DNA from: Bryobacterales bacterium
GTDB taxonomy: Bacteria > Acidobacteriota > Terriglobia > Bryobacterales > UBA6623
Direction of reading: 5' to 3'
Length of the DNA: 64,000 nucleotides
Assembly (NCBI GenBank): GCA_965216545.1
Contig: OZ244172.1
Location: 3,654,763-3,718,762 of the forward strand
This document shows, in pieces, positions 35,880 to 45,800 of this stretch (within the stretch, counting starts at the first letter, position 1; every line of letters starts with the position of its first letter). Below the pieces are notes generated by a model. It saw nothing but the letters and a program-made list of their open reading frames with translations. It did no database searches and had not been told where the DNA came from. Made by a program: the position numbers and the translations under genes.

Positions 35880-36965
35880 GTGAAGCCACTGTTCTCGCTC
35901 GTCCGAGCCGTCGCGCTGTTGGCCTTGATTGCGCTGTCGCCTTCCGCCACGGCGCAGAACCGGCTGGATCGCGCCTTGCAACGAGCCGTCGAGGACGGCG
36001 TCATCATCGGCGCGCAAGCCTACGTCGGCCAAGGCGACGAAGCGCTCCTCGACGAGGTCTACGGCCGTGTGCGTCCGGACCGGGAGGCGAAGGTCGACGC
36101 GGAGACGCTGTTCTGCATTGGCTCGGTCTCGAAGCCGCTGGTCTCGGCCATGGCCCTCGGTCTGGCGCACGAGGGCAAGCTCGACCTCGTCGCGCCGATC
36201 AGCCGTTACCTTGCGGCGTTCGAGCATTTATCCCCAGCGCCCACGGCGGCGCAACTGCTCGCTCACCGCGGCGGGATCTACACCCAGCGCCGCAAGCTCA
36301 CCCAGAGCCAGCTCCGCTGGATTCGCGATTTCCGTTTGAGCCTTGCCGAAGCTGTCGAGGGCATTGCCGGCGAGGAACTGATCGCCAAACCCGGCGAGCT
36401 CTACGCCTATAGCGGCGCCGGCTATTGCGTGCTGGGGCGAGCGCTCGAGGCGGCTGGCCAAGCGGACCTCGACGCCCTGCTGCAGGCACGCTTGGGCGAG
36501 CCGCTGGGCTGGCGGCGCACTTCCTATTTCCCCTCGCCCAGAGATCGCAACGTGGCCGCCGGAGCCGACGCCGCGGGGCAAGCTCACCCCGCGACGCCGC
36601 ATTTGCTAGGCACAGAGCTCCGCTTCGCCCTGGCGGGCGGCAGCGTCTACTCCACTGCGCGTGAGCTGGCTCGGTTCGCCCGCTCGATGGCCCAGGGCGG
36701 CGCCGGGTTGCTTGCGCCCGAGGCGTTCGCGCAAGTCGTCCGCCGGCCTTTTCGGGGTCAGCCCTACGGCTACGGCTGGTCGCTTGTCTTGGTCGAGGGT
36801 TCCGACAGCGCTGTTGGGCTTCGCCACAACGGCGCGCTCGCGGCAAGCCGGGCTTCGCTGGTGATCAACCTCGAGAGCGGACGCTATGACGTCGTGCTGT
36901 ATTCGGTTGCCGGCCCGGCGGAGGAGGCCGAGAAGCACGTGCGCGGAGCGATGGGATCTCCGTAG
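35880..36965 (+). CDS. serine hydrolase / beta-lactamase-family protein
   Basis: Signal peptide plus SxxK motif (GSVSKPL). Confidence 0.8.
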   Translation: MKPLFSLVRAVALLALIALSPSATAQNRLDRALQRAVEDGVIIGAQAYVGQGDEALLDEVYGRVRPDREAKVDAETLFCIGSVSKPLVSAMALGLAHEGKLDLVAPISRYLAAFEHLSPAPTAAQLLAHRGGIYTQRRKLTQSQLRWIRDFRLSLAEAVEGIAGEELIAKPGELYAYSGAGYCVLGRALEAAGQADLDALLQARLGEPLGWRRTSYFPSPRDRNVAAGADAAGQAHPATPHLLGTELRFALAGGSVYSTARELARFARSMAQGGAGLLAPEAFAQVVRRPFRGQPYGYGWSLVLVEGSDSAVGLRHNGALAASRASLVINLESGRYDVVLYSVAGPAEEAEKHVRGAMGSP

Positions 36966-36969
36966 GCCG

Positions 36970-37740
36970 TCATCCTTCCTTCTCGGCCCGCGGTCCCAGC
37001 TCGGTTCGCCCGCAGTCCACCAGAATCGTCGAGCCGGTGATCGCCGTGGCGTCGACCGCCAGGAACAGGGCCGTCTTGGCGACCTCTTCCGGCGTCGCGA
37101 TCCGCTCGAGCGGCGAGGACGCCTTGGCCTTGACGAACACATCGGGCTTCCAGCCGGCGAAGCGCGTCTCGACCAGACCCGGCGCCAGGGCGTTGACTCG
37201 GATCTCCGGCGCCAAGGCCCGCGCGAGCGCCTTGGTCATGTTGACCATCCCGGCCTTGGCCGCCGAGTAGACGATGGAACTGCCGGCGGCGTGCCAAGCC
37301 GAGGCGGAAGCGTTGTTGACCATGGCGCCGCCGCCGCCCTTGCGCATCAGCGGTACGCACTGGCGCACGCAGTAGAACGCCCCGCGAAGGTTGGTGTCGA
37401 GGGTGCGATCCCAAATTTCATCGGTGAGTGCGTCGAGGTTGTCGTGCGGCGTTACCTGGCTCCAGCCGGCGTTGTTGACCAGCACGTCGAGCCGGCCCCA
37501 GCGTTGTTCGACCTGCGCGACCATCCCGCGCACCTGATCCTCGTCTACTACCGACGCCTGAACTGCCTCCGCTTCGCCGCCGGCTGAGCGGATGCCCTCG
37601 ACGACCTCCGCCGCTTGCTCGGCGGAGACGCGGTAGTTCACGGCCACGCGGGCGCCCTCGGCTGCGAACAGCTCCGCGATGGCGCGACCCATGCCGGTCC
37701 CGGCGCCGGTCACCAGTGCAACTTTCCCCTGTAGTTTCAT
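36970..37740 (-). CDS. SDR-family oxidoreductase (FabG-like)
   Basis: TGAGTGMGRAIA cofactor motif and YSAAK catalytic motif. Confidence 0.9.
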   Translation of the reverse strand: MKLQGKVALVTGAGTGMGRAIAELFAAEGARVAVNYRVSAEQAAEVVEGIRSAGGEAEAVQASVVDEDQVRGMVAQVEQRWGRLDVLVNNAGWSQVTPHDNLDALTDEIWDRTLDTNLRGAFYCVRQCVPLMRKGGGGAMVNNASASAWHAAGSSIVYSAAKAGMVNMTKALARALAPEIRVNALAPGLVETRFAGWKPDVFVKAKASSPLERIATPEEVAKTALFLAVDATAITGSTILVDCGRTELGPRAEKEG

Positions 37741-37871
37741 CGCTTGGATCGCTCCATTGTAGTGGACCCGGCCGCGGTCGCTCGCCGCCTTGACTTTGCC
37801 GAAAGTGGTGTGCGATCTTGCAACATCGTCGCCGAATCTGGCGATTCAACGGCCGCAGATCGCCCGGGCGC

Positions 37872-38321
37872 ATGTCGGAGAGCAGAAGCATCGAGCTCCG
37901 GCTCGAAAGCAAGATCGACAGCGTCGACGCCGCGGAGCTGATCGTGCAGGGTTTGGCGCGCGACGCAGGTTACGAGCCCGAGGAGATCGATCATCTCGGG
38001 ATGGCAGTCCGGGAATCGATGGTCAATGCGGTTACGCACGGCAATGGGTACAGCAAGGACAAGTTCGTGCACTTTGGCGTGCTCTTGGAGGGGCGGCGAC
38101 TGACGATTTCCATCCGTGACGAAGGCGAAGGCTTCGACCCGCAGGGCGTGCCCGATCCGACGGCGCCGGAGAATCTTCTCAAAACATCCGGGCGGGGGCT
38201 GCTGCTGATGGACGCTCTCGTGGACGAATTTCATGTGGGGCCCGTCGAGCCGTGCGGAACCCTCGTGAAGCTGGTCAAAAGCGGTCCCGGGCGCGAGAGC
38301 GAAAGTAAGGAGGACATCTAG
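37872..38321 (+). CDS. anti-sigma regulatory factor, RsbW/SpoIIAB-type Ser kinase
   Basis: HATPase-like motifs NAVTHGN, IRDEGEGFDP, GRGLLLMDALVDE. Start at the ATG at 37872. Confidence 0.8.
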   Translation: MSESRSIELRLESKIDSVDAAELIVQGLARDAGYEPEEIDHLGMAVRESMVNAVTHGNGYSKDKFVHFGVLLEGRRLTISIRDEGEGFDPQGVPDPTAPENLLKTSGRGLLLMDALVDEFHVGPVEPCGTLVKLVKSGPGRESESKEDI

Positions 38322-38669
38322 ATGAGTTTGACAGTTGGAGTGCGTGAAGTAGACGGCGTGACGATCGTCGATCTCGGCGGGCGCATCACGCTCGGCGATA
38401 CCTCGTCCGGCAAGCTGCGCGAGACGGTGCGGGATATTCTGGGCCGCGGCTCCAAGAAGATCCTGCTCAACCTCGGCGAGGTGAGCTATATCGACAGCTC
38501 GGGGCTCGGCGAGCTGGTCTCGAGCTACACCACCGCTTCGAACCAAGGCAGCACGGTCAAGTTGCTCAACCTGCAGAAGAAGGTGCAAGACCTGCTGCAG
38601 ATCACCAAGCTGTACACGGTATTTGACACCTTCGAGAGCGAAGCGGATGCGGTCTTGAGCTTCTCCTAA
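38322..38669 (+). CDS. STAS-domain anti-sigma-factor antagonist
   Basis: LLNLGEVSYIDSSGLGELV with the conserved phospho-Ser context. Directly follows the kinase. Confidence 0.85.
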   Translation: MSLTVGVREVDGVTIVDLGGRITLGDTSSGKLRETVRDILGRGSKKILLNLGEVSYIDSSGLGELVSSYTTASNQGSTVKLLNLQKKVQDLLQITKLYTVFDTFESEADAVLSFS

Positions 38670-38696
38670 GAAGCGACCTGACGCCAAGCCTTCCCA

Positions 38697-38717
38697 GGGC
38701 GGCCCATCGGGCCGCCC
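38697..38717. terminator. GC hairpin between convergent genes (weak terminator candidate)
   Basis: GGGCGGCCC (38697-38705) pairs with GGGCCGCCC (38709-38717) around a 3-nt loop. Only a broken T-tract follows. Confidence 0.3.
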
Positions 38718-38742
38718 TTCCGCTGTTTGGCGCAACGGACGC

Positions 38743-39348
38743 TCAAAACAGGAAGGAGAACGTCGCCGAGGTCTCGATGTTGTGGAGCCTTCCGTCGAGA
38801 TCTCGGAAGAACGGCTTGCCGGTGACGTGGTCCCGTACGTCGAAACGCAGTCCGTAGCGGTCCGAGAGCAGAAACTTGATTCCCGCGCCGTAGTTGTAGC
38901 CGAACTTCGTGTCGCCCTGGCCCGATAGCGCCGACGCTCCCGGCGGCACGAAGCTCGAAAACCCGCCGCCGCCGGTCACGAACGGCCGCACGCGCGAATC
39001 GCGCGGCGTGGCGTGTGCGACGAGATTGTAGTAATAGTTGTGGATCGACGAGCTGCTTTGCTGCGTCCCGAGCGTGGCGCCGGTGTCCGCCACGGTGGCG
39101 ATTCGGAAGCCCGCTCGCTGCCAGCTGTAGGCCAGCTCATGGGCGAAGTAGCTCCTCAGATCGAACGACATGCGGAAGCCGATGCGGACGCCGCCGTCGA
39201 GCTCGAATCTTTCGCTGCCGCCGCCGAACTGCCCAAAGCTCGCGAGCTCGCCGTCGCGGAACCGTCCGTAGCCCCCGGTGATCCCCATTTCGGCGTATTG
39301 CGCCGGCAGAGCCGCGGCGATCACGAGCAAGAGCAGGGCGGGGCGCAT
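38743..39348 (-). CDS. outer-membrane beta-barrel protein (OmpA-like barrel/porin family)
   Basis: Signal peptide, alternating aromatic beta-strand pattern, and a C-terminal ...ATFSFLF. Confidence 0.75.
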   Translation of the reverse strand: MRPALLLLVIAAALPAQYAEMGITGGYGRFRDGELASFGQFGGGSERFELDGGVRIGFRMSFDLRSYFAHELAYSWQRAGFRIATVADTGATLGTQQSSSSIHNYYYNLVAHATPRDSRVRPFVTGGGGFSSFVPPGASALSGQGDTKFGYNYGAGIKFLLSDRYGLRFDVRDHVTGKPFFRDLDGRLHNIETSATFSFLF

Positions 39349-39390
39349 GCCTTGGATGACGCCGCGATCCCGAGCCCGGTTTCCAGCTCT

Positions 39391-39765
39391 TCAGAAGTAA
39401 CGTACGAATTCGATCGTATGGCCGTCGGGATCCGAGCAAAACACTTGCGAAAAGCCGAGGTGATCGTTGCCGCCCCGAGCGTACTCAATGCCCTCTTGCT
39501 CGAGCTTGGCTTTGACCTGGTCCAAGTCCTCGACTTCGAGCGCCATGTGATCGGAGCGGCTGATACGGTCGGCGACCTCCCGCCCGGCGTCGGCCTGCTC
39601 GATCAGGTGCAGTTGCCGGTCCCCGATCGCATACCAAGCACCGCGAAAGTCGAATGCCGGCCGGTCGAGCTCCTCGAAGCCGATGACGCCGCCGAAGAAC
39701 CGTTTCGAGGCGTCGATATCTTTCACCGCGAAGGAGACGTGATGCAGCCGTACGACATCGATCAT
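39391..39765 (-). CDS. VOC/glyoxalase-family protein
   Basis: LHHVSFAVKDIDAS..FY...HMALEVEDLD...DPDGHTIEF. It corresponds to the last 124 aa of the track ORF. Confidence 0.85.
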   Translation of the reverse strand: MIDVVRLHHVSFAVKDIDASKRFFGGVIGFEELDRPAFDFRGAWYAIGDRQLHLIEQADAGREVADRISRSDHMALEVEDLDQVKAKLEQEGIEYARGGNDHLGFSQVFCSDPDGHTIEFVRYF

Positions 39766-41138
39766 GGGCTCTCCAGCATAGCGCTCTCGCGCTTCCAAGC
39801 GGCGGGCCCAAGCAGCGCCGCGGTGAGGACCAGCCCGATGACCAATCCGGTGAACGTCGAAAAGAACAGAATCGCCACGGCCGCAAGCATCGCCACTCCA
39901 CGCTCGGTTCGCTCGCGCAACATACCTAGCGCCACGTAGCCGCAAGCGAACCCTGTGAGGATGAGCGTGAGCGAAAACGCAATGTCGAGCGCCGGTCGCA
40001 GCAACTCCAGCGCCGGCCCGAAAAAGTAGAGCAACGGTAGGCCGAAGAAGTAGTAGCTCGCGACCCCGTCGAGGATGCTGCGCATGGCCTTTGGGCCGCG
40101 GCGCCAGCGCTCGGCCACCACCACCGTCGCCCCCGTCCACAGCGGGCCTTGTAGCGGAAAGAACGGTCCGCCCACGAGCGCGATGCCGGCGTTGCGCAGC
40201 CCGATGGAGAGATGCGTGCGGCGCGGGTCAAGCGGCAGCGGATCGTCGGGACGGTCGCGGCCGGCCTCTTCGAGCACGGCGGTTCCGGTGATGATGTCGC
40301 CGAACCCGATGATGTAGGCGGCAAGCGCCAGCGGAGCTGCCTGGATCAGCAGTTCGGCCGACGGCGCGCCGCGGCCCAGCACGCTGAAGTCCCGCGCCAA
40401 GCCTCCAAAGTCGGGCAGGAACAAAAGCGGCCCGGCGTACTGGAAGAAGCCCGAATAGTCAATCTCTCCCAGCCACGGACCGACTACCATCGCCAGAAAG
40501 AAGCCCGGCGCAATCCCCAGAGCGGCCAGGTTCGCCAGCCAAGGCCGCGTCTTCTTCCACTCCTCGACGGGTTTGGAGAAAACCAGCAGCAACGTGACGC
40601 CGGTCGCCAGCGCAATCGAGATGGTGTAGGCGTCGATGCGAGACGGACGCCCGCCCGAGCGCGGAACGAGCTCGCCGTAGAGAGCGCTGAGGCCGGCGCC
40701 CAGAATGACGCCCGCCTTGACGACCCGCGGAATCATCCGCAAGAAGAGCCGGCCCAGGCCGGTCGCGCCGAAGACGAGGAAAACGGCCGCCGTCGTCAGC
40801 ACCACGGCATTGACGAAATCGATGCGCATGGCCGGCTCTTCCAACGCGACTGCTTCGCGCAACACCAGCGGCAGGGCCGGCGTGAGCCAGCCCGGGCAGA
40901 ATGGTTCGCCAAAGAGCAGAAACGAGGAGCAGATGATCAGGCTCTGCAACACCACCAACGCCACCGCCGTCTCGAACGCCATGCCGAAGTGCTCGGCGTA
41001 GAGCGGCACGATGGCCAGCCCGGTGGCGCTCGCCACCAACAACCCTTGCACGAGCTCCGGCGTCTCCGGCTTGAGGTGCAACAGAGGGACGCGCGCGGTG
41101 AACGGTCCCCATCTCCACCCTGCTGGGCGCGTCGACAT
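39762..41138 (-). CDS. polytopic membrane permease, family unresolved
   Basis: At least 10 hydrophobic segments. Start taken at the ATG at 41138 to avoid the divergent lacI-type gene. Confidence 0.6.
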   Translation of the reverse strand: MSTRPAGWRWGPFTARVPLLHLKPETPELVQGLLVASATGLAIVPLYAEHFGMAFETAVALVVLQSLIICSSFLLFGEPFCPGWLTPALPLVLREAVALEEPAMRIDFVNAVVLTTAAVFLVFGATGLGRLFLRMIPRVVKAGVILGAGLSALYGELVPRSGGRPSRIDAYTISIALATGVTLLLVFSKPVEEWKKTRPWLANLAALGIAPGFFLAMVVGPWLGEIDYSGFFQYAGPLLFLPDFGGLARDFSVLGRGAPSAELLIQAAPLALAAYIIGFGDIITGTAVLEEAGRDRPDDPLPLDPRRTHLSIGLRNAGIALVGGPFFPLQGPLWTGATVVVAERWRRGPKAMRSILDGVASYYFFGLPLLYFFGPALELLRPALDIAFSLTLILTGFACGYVALGMLRERTERGVAMLAAVAILFFSTFTGLVIGLVLTAALLGPAAWKRESAMLESP

Positions 41139-41223
41139 CGGGCCGATTGTACTGGATCGCGCAGCGGGCTTTGCTTGTAATCGCAGCGCGTCTGAGCCTA
41201 CACTTGCCCGCAGGCGTGGGCGC

Positions 41224-42216
41224 ATGACACTCGAACAAGTAGCCAAGCGAGCCGGTGTTTCGACGGCGACCGTTTCGCGCGTCATGAACAATCCCGCGCT
41301 CGTCAAACAAGCCACGCGGGAGCGCGTCCTCGCCGCCGCTAAAGAGCTCAAGTATCGTCCTAACCGCTACGCCCAGAGCCTCGCCGGCGGTCGCAGCCGT
41401 ACCATCGGCGTCATCGTCTCCAACATCGAGAATCCGTTCTTTCTCGACATCCTACACAGCCTGGAAGAGATCGCCACCGAGCGCGGCTACGAAGTCGTCT
41501 ACGAGAATACCGACTACCGCCCCGCGCGTCTGGCGGCGGCGGTGGACCTGATGTTGGCGCGCCCACTGGCCGGCTTGGCCGTCATTGGCTCCGAGCGCGA
41601 TCAGCATGCGGTCGAGCGCCTCGTCGGGTGGGGGCGGCCCGTGATCGTCTCCGATTTGTGCCCGCCTGGCGGCAACATTTCGCAGATCCACATCCGTTAC
41701 GAGAAGGCCATGCAGCGAACGGTCGAGTACCTCTATTCGCTGGGCCATCGCCGCATGGCCTTCGTGGGCCACCACGGTATGCTCGACCCGCTGCGCGAGC
41801 GCGAGAACGCGTTCGAAGCGACCGTCAAGCGCTACGACGACGTCCAATGGCGCGTGGCGATCTCCTCGGACAGCCTGCGCGGCGGACGCCAAGCCGTGAA
41901 TGAGGTCCTGGAATCCGGTTTTCAGCCGACAGCCGTTCTCTGTGTGAACGACTTCATGGCAGTCGGCGCGCTTCGCGAGCTCCACGACGCGAAGCTCGCG
42001 ACTCCGCGCGACGTCTCGGTCACCGGGTTCGACAACATCGAGCTGTCCGAGTACCTCAACCCCGCCCTCACCACCGTCAACATCCCGCGTAAGCAGATTG
42101 GCAGGATCATCTTCGACGCACTGGCGTCAACCAGCGATCCGGTCGCGCGAGACGCCGAGGTGCTCATCGAGCCCGAGCTCGTCGTGCGGGAATCGACCGC
42201 TCCGGCCAGAAGCTAG
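41224..42216 (+). CDS. LacI-family transcriptional regulator
   Basis: N-terminal HTH MTLEQVAKRAGVSTATVSRVMNN plus a periplasmic-binding-fold body. Confidence 0.9.
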   Translation: MTLEQVAKRAGVSTATVSRVMNNPALVKQATRERVLAAAKELKYRPNRYAQSLAGGRSRTIGVIVSNIENPFFLDILHSLEEIATERGYEVVYENTDYRPARLAAAVDLMLARPLAGLAVIGSERDQHAVERLVGWGRPVIVSDLCPPGGNISQIHIRYEKAMQRTVEYLYSLGHRRMAFVGHHGMLDPLRERENAFEATVKRYDDVQWRVAISSDSLRGGRQAVNEVLESGFQPTAVLCVNDFMAVGALRELHDAKLATPRDVSVTGFDNIELSEYLNPALTTVNIPRKQIGRIIFDALASTSDPVARDAEVLIEPELVVRESTAPARS

Positions 42217-42239
42217 CTGCGGCGCCAGAGCAAGAGGGT

Positions 42240-43940
42240 TCATCGGCCCGCCGCGGCAAGCAGTTGCTTGGCGTTCTCGAGCGCCGCCGGCGTCACTTTC
42301 GCCCCGGACAACATGCGGGCGAGCTCCTCCACCCGGTCCGGCCCGTTCAGCTCGGTCAGCGAAGCGAAGGTCTGCCCGTTCTTCTCTTGCTTTGCCACCG
42401 AGTAGTGCGCGTCGGCGAAGCCGGCGATTTGCGGCAGGTGGGTCACGCACAGCACCTGACTGCCGGCTGCTAGCCCCTGCAGGCGTTGTCCGATCGCTTC
42501 GGCCACGCGCCCGCCCACGCCCGTGTCGATCTCGTCGAAGACGAGCGTGCGCGGAGCCCGGCTGCGCGCGGTCGTCTTGCCGGCGGCGGCGAGCAGGCGG
42601 CTCTTCAGCGCCAGCGCGACCCGCGAGAGCTCGCCGCCGGAAGCCACCTGCGCCAGCGGCCGAAGCGGCTGCCCCGGGTTGGCCGAGAAATCGAAGCGCA
42701 CGCGATCGAACCCGTCCGCGGTCCAATGCTCCTGCTCGGGGCCGCCTTCGATGGCGATCGCGAGCTTGGCCTTCTCCATTGCGAGCGCCACCAACTCCCC
42801 CTCGACGCCCTTTTGCAGCTTCTTGGCGGCCTGTTTGCGTTTCTTCGACAGCGCTTGGGCCGCCTCGCGGTAGCGCGCCGCGGCCTCGGCGCGCCGCTTC
42901 TCGACCTTCGCTGCGCTCTCCTCCGCGTTGTCCAGCTCGGCGACCTTGCGGGCCACTTCTTCGCCGTAGGCCAGCACGTCGGCCAGCGTCTTGCCGTACT
43001 TGCGTTTGAGCTTCTCGATCGACGCCATCCGCCCCTCGATCGCGTCGAGGCGGTTCGGGTCGGCGTCGAGCCCGTCGAGGTAGCGCTGCAGCTCGAAGCC
43101 GGCGTCCTCGACCGTGGCTCGCGCCGCCTCGAGCTGAGCCGGCCAGGGCGCCAGCTCGGGCTCGAACTGCGTCAGCTCTTCCATGGCGCGTAAGGCCGCC
43201 TTGAGCTGCGCCGCGACCGAGGAGGCGTCCCCCGCGAGCGCCCCGGCGGCTCTGGCCGCCGACTCCTGCACCTGTGCGACGTTGCGCAGCTTGTGGCGCT
43301 GCTGCTCGAGCTCGACGTCTTCGCCGGGCTTCAGCTCCGCCGCGCGAATCTCTTCGTCCTGGAAGCGGTAGAGGTCGAGCAGCCGCAGCCGTTCCTGCTC
43401 GTTGCCGCGCAGTTCGGCGAGCTCGCGCTCACAGGCTCGCCATTCGCGGTAGTGCTTTCCCGTCCGCTCGAGCAGAGCCTCGGTCTTGGCGAAGACGTCC
43501 AGCATGCGCATCTGATGCCGCGCGACGAACAGATTCTGCTGCTCATGCTGGCCGTGGATGTCGCCCAGGTGCTCGGCGAGCTCGCGCAGCAGCGCGATGG
43601 TCGCCGGCCGCCCGTTCACGTAGGCGCGGCTCTTGCCTCCGGCGAGCACGTGGCGCTCCAAGATCAGCTCGTCCTGCTCTGGCTCCACGCCGGCGGCTTC
43701 CAGCGCGGTCTGCAACTCGGTCGAGGCCGGCGCCTCGAACACCCCGGAGACGCGCGCTCTCTGCGCCCCGGCGCGTACCGCGTCCGCCCCGGCTCTCGCG
43801 CCGAACAGCAGCGACAGCGCGTCCACCACGATCGACTTGCCGCTGCCGGTCTCGCCCGTCAGCAAATTCAAGCCTGCGTGGAAGCCGACCCTCAGCTTCG
43901 CCACCACGGCGTAGTTCTCGATGTCGAGCTCGTGTAGCAT
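42240..43940 (-). CDS. recN: DNA repair protein RecN
   Basis: MLHELDIENYAVV...LTGETGSGKSI Walker A, long coiled coil, C-terminal ASGGELSR signature and LVFDEID Walker B. Confidence 0.93.
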   Translation of the reverse strand: MLHELDIENYAVVAKLRVGFHAGLNLLTGETGSGKSIVVDALSLLFGARAGADAVRAGAQRARVSGVFEAPASTELQTALEAAGVEPEQDELILERHVLAGGKSRAYVNGRPATIALLRELAEHLGDIHGQHEQQNLFVARHQMRMLDVFAKTEALLERTGKHYREWRACERELAELRGNEQERLRLLDLYRFQDEEIRAAELKPGEDVELEQQRHKLRNVAQVQESAARAAGALAGDASSVAAQLKAALRAMEELTQFEPELAPWPAQLEAARATVEDAGFELQRYLDGLDADPNRLDAIEGRMASIEKLKRKYGKTLADVLAYGEEVARKVAELDNAEESAAKVEKRRAEAAARYREAAQALSKKRKQAAKKLQKGVEGELVALAMEKAKLAIAIEGGPEQEHWTADGFDRVRFDFSANPGQPLRPLAQVASGGELSRVALALKSRLLAAAGKTTARSRAPRTLVFDEIDTGVGGRVAEAIGQRLQGLAAGSQVLCVTHLPQIAGFADAHYSVAKQEKNGQTFASLTELNGPDRVEELARMLSGAKVTPAALENAKQLLAAAGR

Positions 43941-44047
43941 CGCTCAGGGGCCGGGGGGAAGACCGGCCGTGCAAAACATTCTTCGAAACCCTCGTGCGCG
44001 GTCGACGCGTCTCACTCTGACAACGAAGACACTATCTATTGTGCTAG

Positions 44048-44065
44048 ATTCGTGGGTATTGTTCG
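44048..44065 (-). promoter_or_regulatory. candidate operator upstream of recN sharing half-sites with the imuA site
   Basis: On the recN sense strand: CGAACAA-TACCCA-CGAAT, about 110 nt upstream of the ATG. The imuA site reads CGAACAA-AAAG-CGAAT. The half-sites match but the spacing differs by 2 nt. Confidence 0.2.
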
Positions 44066-44153
44066 AGCGCGAAAAGCGCACAGGGTGGGGCGTTGCGACG
44101 TCCGCCGTCGCGAGGATCGAGGCGTCGGCGCTTGAATGCTTGAGTAGGTCAAC

Positions 44154-44951
44154 TTGAACGTAGCGACCCTGTTTGCCTTGCTTCTTCAAGCCGCTCCCGC
44201 CCCCGAAGAGGCCCCAACCGAAGAAATGATCGACGAGGCGCTCTCGTCGAGCGTGGTCGAAACCGGCCTGCTCGACATGGTGCTCGATGCCAGTCTGCTC
44301 TCGCAGGTTGTGCTCGTCGTGTTGCTCGGCTTCTCAGTGCTCTCTTGGGCGATCGCGTTCTCCAAGAGCGGGCTGCTCAAGAAGGCGCGGCGCCAGGACG
44401 TGCTGTTCCTCAAGGCCTTTCGCCGGGTGGGCAAACTGGCCGAGATGAATGCGGCCGCCGAGCGCTACCGTCCCGCGCCGCTGGTCTCGATGTTCGAGTA
44501 CGGCTACGAGGAGCTCGCCCGGCAAGTCAACAAGTACGGTCGCATTCGCTCGGGCGACGCCATCGAGCGCGTCATGCGTTTGGCGGCGAACGAGGAAACC
44601 TCGCGGCTGAGCAAGCACATGGGCTGGCTGGCGACCACCGCTTCCGCGACCCCGTTTATCGGGCTCTTCGGGACGGTTTGGGGCGTGCTCGAGTCCTTCC
44701 GCGGGCTCGGCGCCGCCGGCGGGGCCACGCTGCGAGCCGTCGCGCCGGGCATCGCCGAGGCGCTGATCGCGACGGCGTTCGGTCTGTTCGCGGCCATTCC
44801 GGCCCTGATTTTCTACAACCACTTCTCGCAGCAGATCCGCGAGATCCGCTCCCGCATGGAAGACTTCGGCCTGGAGTTCTACAACTTGGCCGAACGCGAC
44901 TACGGCGAAGACGATGGCGTTTACGAACAAACACGATCTGTCCGCCAATGA
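44154..44951 (+). CDS. tolQ: MotA/TolQ/ExbB proton-channel protein
   Basis: ATTASATPFIGLFGTVWGV motif; first gene of the tol-pal cluster. Start uncertain (TTG at 44154). Confidence 0.85.
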   Translation: MNVATLFALLLQAAPAPEEAPTEEMIDEALSSSVVETGLLDMVLDASLLSQVVLVVLLGFSVLSWAIAFSKSGLLKKARRQDVLFLKAFRRVGKLAEMNAAAERYRPAPLVSMFEYGYEELARQVNKYGRIRSGDAIERVMRLAANEETSRLSKHMGWLATTASATPFIGLFGTVWGVLESFRGLGAAGGATLRAVAPGIAEALIATAFGLFAAIPALIFYNHFSQQIREIRSRMEDFGLEFYNLAERDYGEDDGVYEQTRSVRQ

Positions 44952-45342
44952 CGACCCGCTGGCCGAGATCAACGTCACGCCGTTCGTCGACGTCGTGCTC
45001 GTGCTGCTGATCATCTTCATGATTACCGCCGCGGTGGTCGAGCTCGGTCTGCGCGTCGACGTGCCGCCCACGACCGCCCGCGTCGCGCAGCAGCAGGATC
45101 CCAAGGTCCAACGGCTCGAGCTGGGCGACGACGGCCGCATGGTCCTCGACGGCAAGTCGGTCAGCTTGTATGACATCGTTCCCGCCGCCAAGCAGGCCAA
45201 CCCGGAAAAGCCCGCGCTCTACATTCGCATTCACAAGAGCGCCCGCTGGGAAGACGTGGCGCAGGTGATGGCCGAGTGCCGCGCCGGCGGCGTGGAGATC
45301 AACCTCATCCCGCGCCCGCTCACCAGGAATCCGCGAGGATGA
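44914..45342 (+). CDS. tolR: ExbD/TolR family protein, copy 1
   Basis: [22 protein letters not shown]. Confidence 0.85.
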   Translation: MAFTNKHDLSANDDPLAEINVTPFVDVVLVLLIIFMITAAVVELGLRVDVPPTTARVAQQQDPKVQRLELGDDGRMVLDGKSVSLYDIVPAAKQANPEKPALYIRIHKSARWEDVAQVMAECRAGGVEINLIPRPLTRNPRG

Positions 45343-45353
45343 GAAGCGACTAG

Positions 45354-45800
45354 ATGGCGTTTTCGATCAATGGAGGGTCCGACCGCAACGAGCCGATGTC
45401 GGCGATCAACGTCACGCCGTTCGTCGACGTCGTGCTGGTGCTGCTGATCATCTTCATGATCACCGCCGGCGTGTTCGATTTCGGCCTCGAGATCGACGTA
45501 CCGCAGACGCGCGAGATCGCCGCCTCGCAGCTCGAGTACCCCTTCGTCAACATCACCGGCACGGGCGAGATGTACTTCAATACCGAACCCGTCTCGTTCG
45601 ACGATCTCACCGATCGCATCCTCGAAGAGCAGCCGGTGCTGCTCGAGGGCCAGGACCCCGGCGTCTACATCCGCGCGCACCGCACCACGCCTTGGGAGGT
45701 GATCGCTCCCATCGTCGATCGCTGTGGCCGCGCCAAGATCGCGGTCAACATGGTGACGAAACCGCTCGAGAAGAACCCGAATCCAACTCCTGAGGAATGA
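45354..45800 (+). CDS. ExbD/TolR family protein, copy 2
   Basis: [22 protein letters not shown]; paralog of the preceding gene. Confidence 0.85.
   Translation: MAFSINGGSDRNEPMSAINVTPFVDVVLVLLIIFMITAGVFDFGLEIDVPQTREIAASQLEYPFVNITGTGEMYFNTEPVSFDDLTDRILEEQPVLLEGQDPGVYIRAHRTTPWEVIAPIVDRCGRAKIAVNMVTKPLEKNPNPTPEE

Noticed and set aside
39766-40140. N-terminal 125-aa extension of the VOC-protein ORF, with similar long 5' extensions of ORFs at 46315, 53218, 41011 and 61714-62925
   Set aside because: The extensions overlap neighbouring genes and translate to Arg/Gly/Ala-rich sequence. Internal ATG/GTG starts give canonical N-termini or signal peptides.
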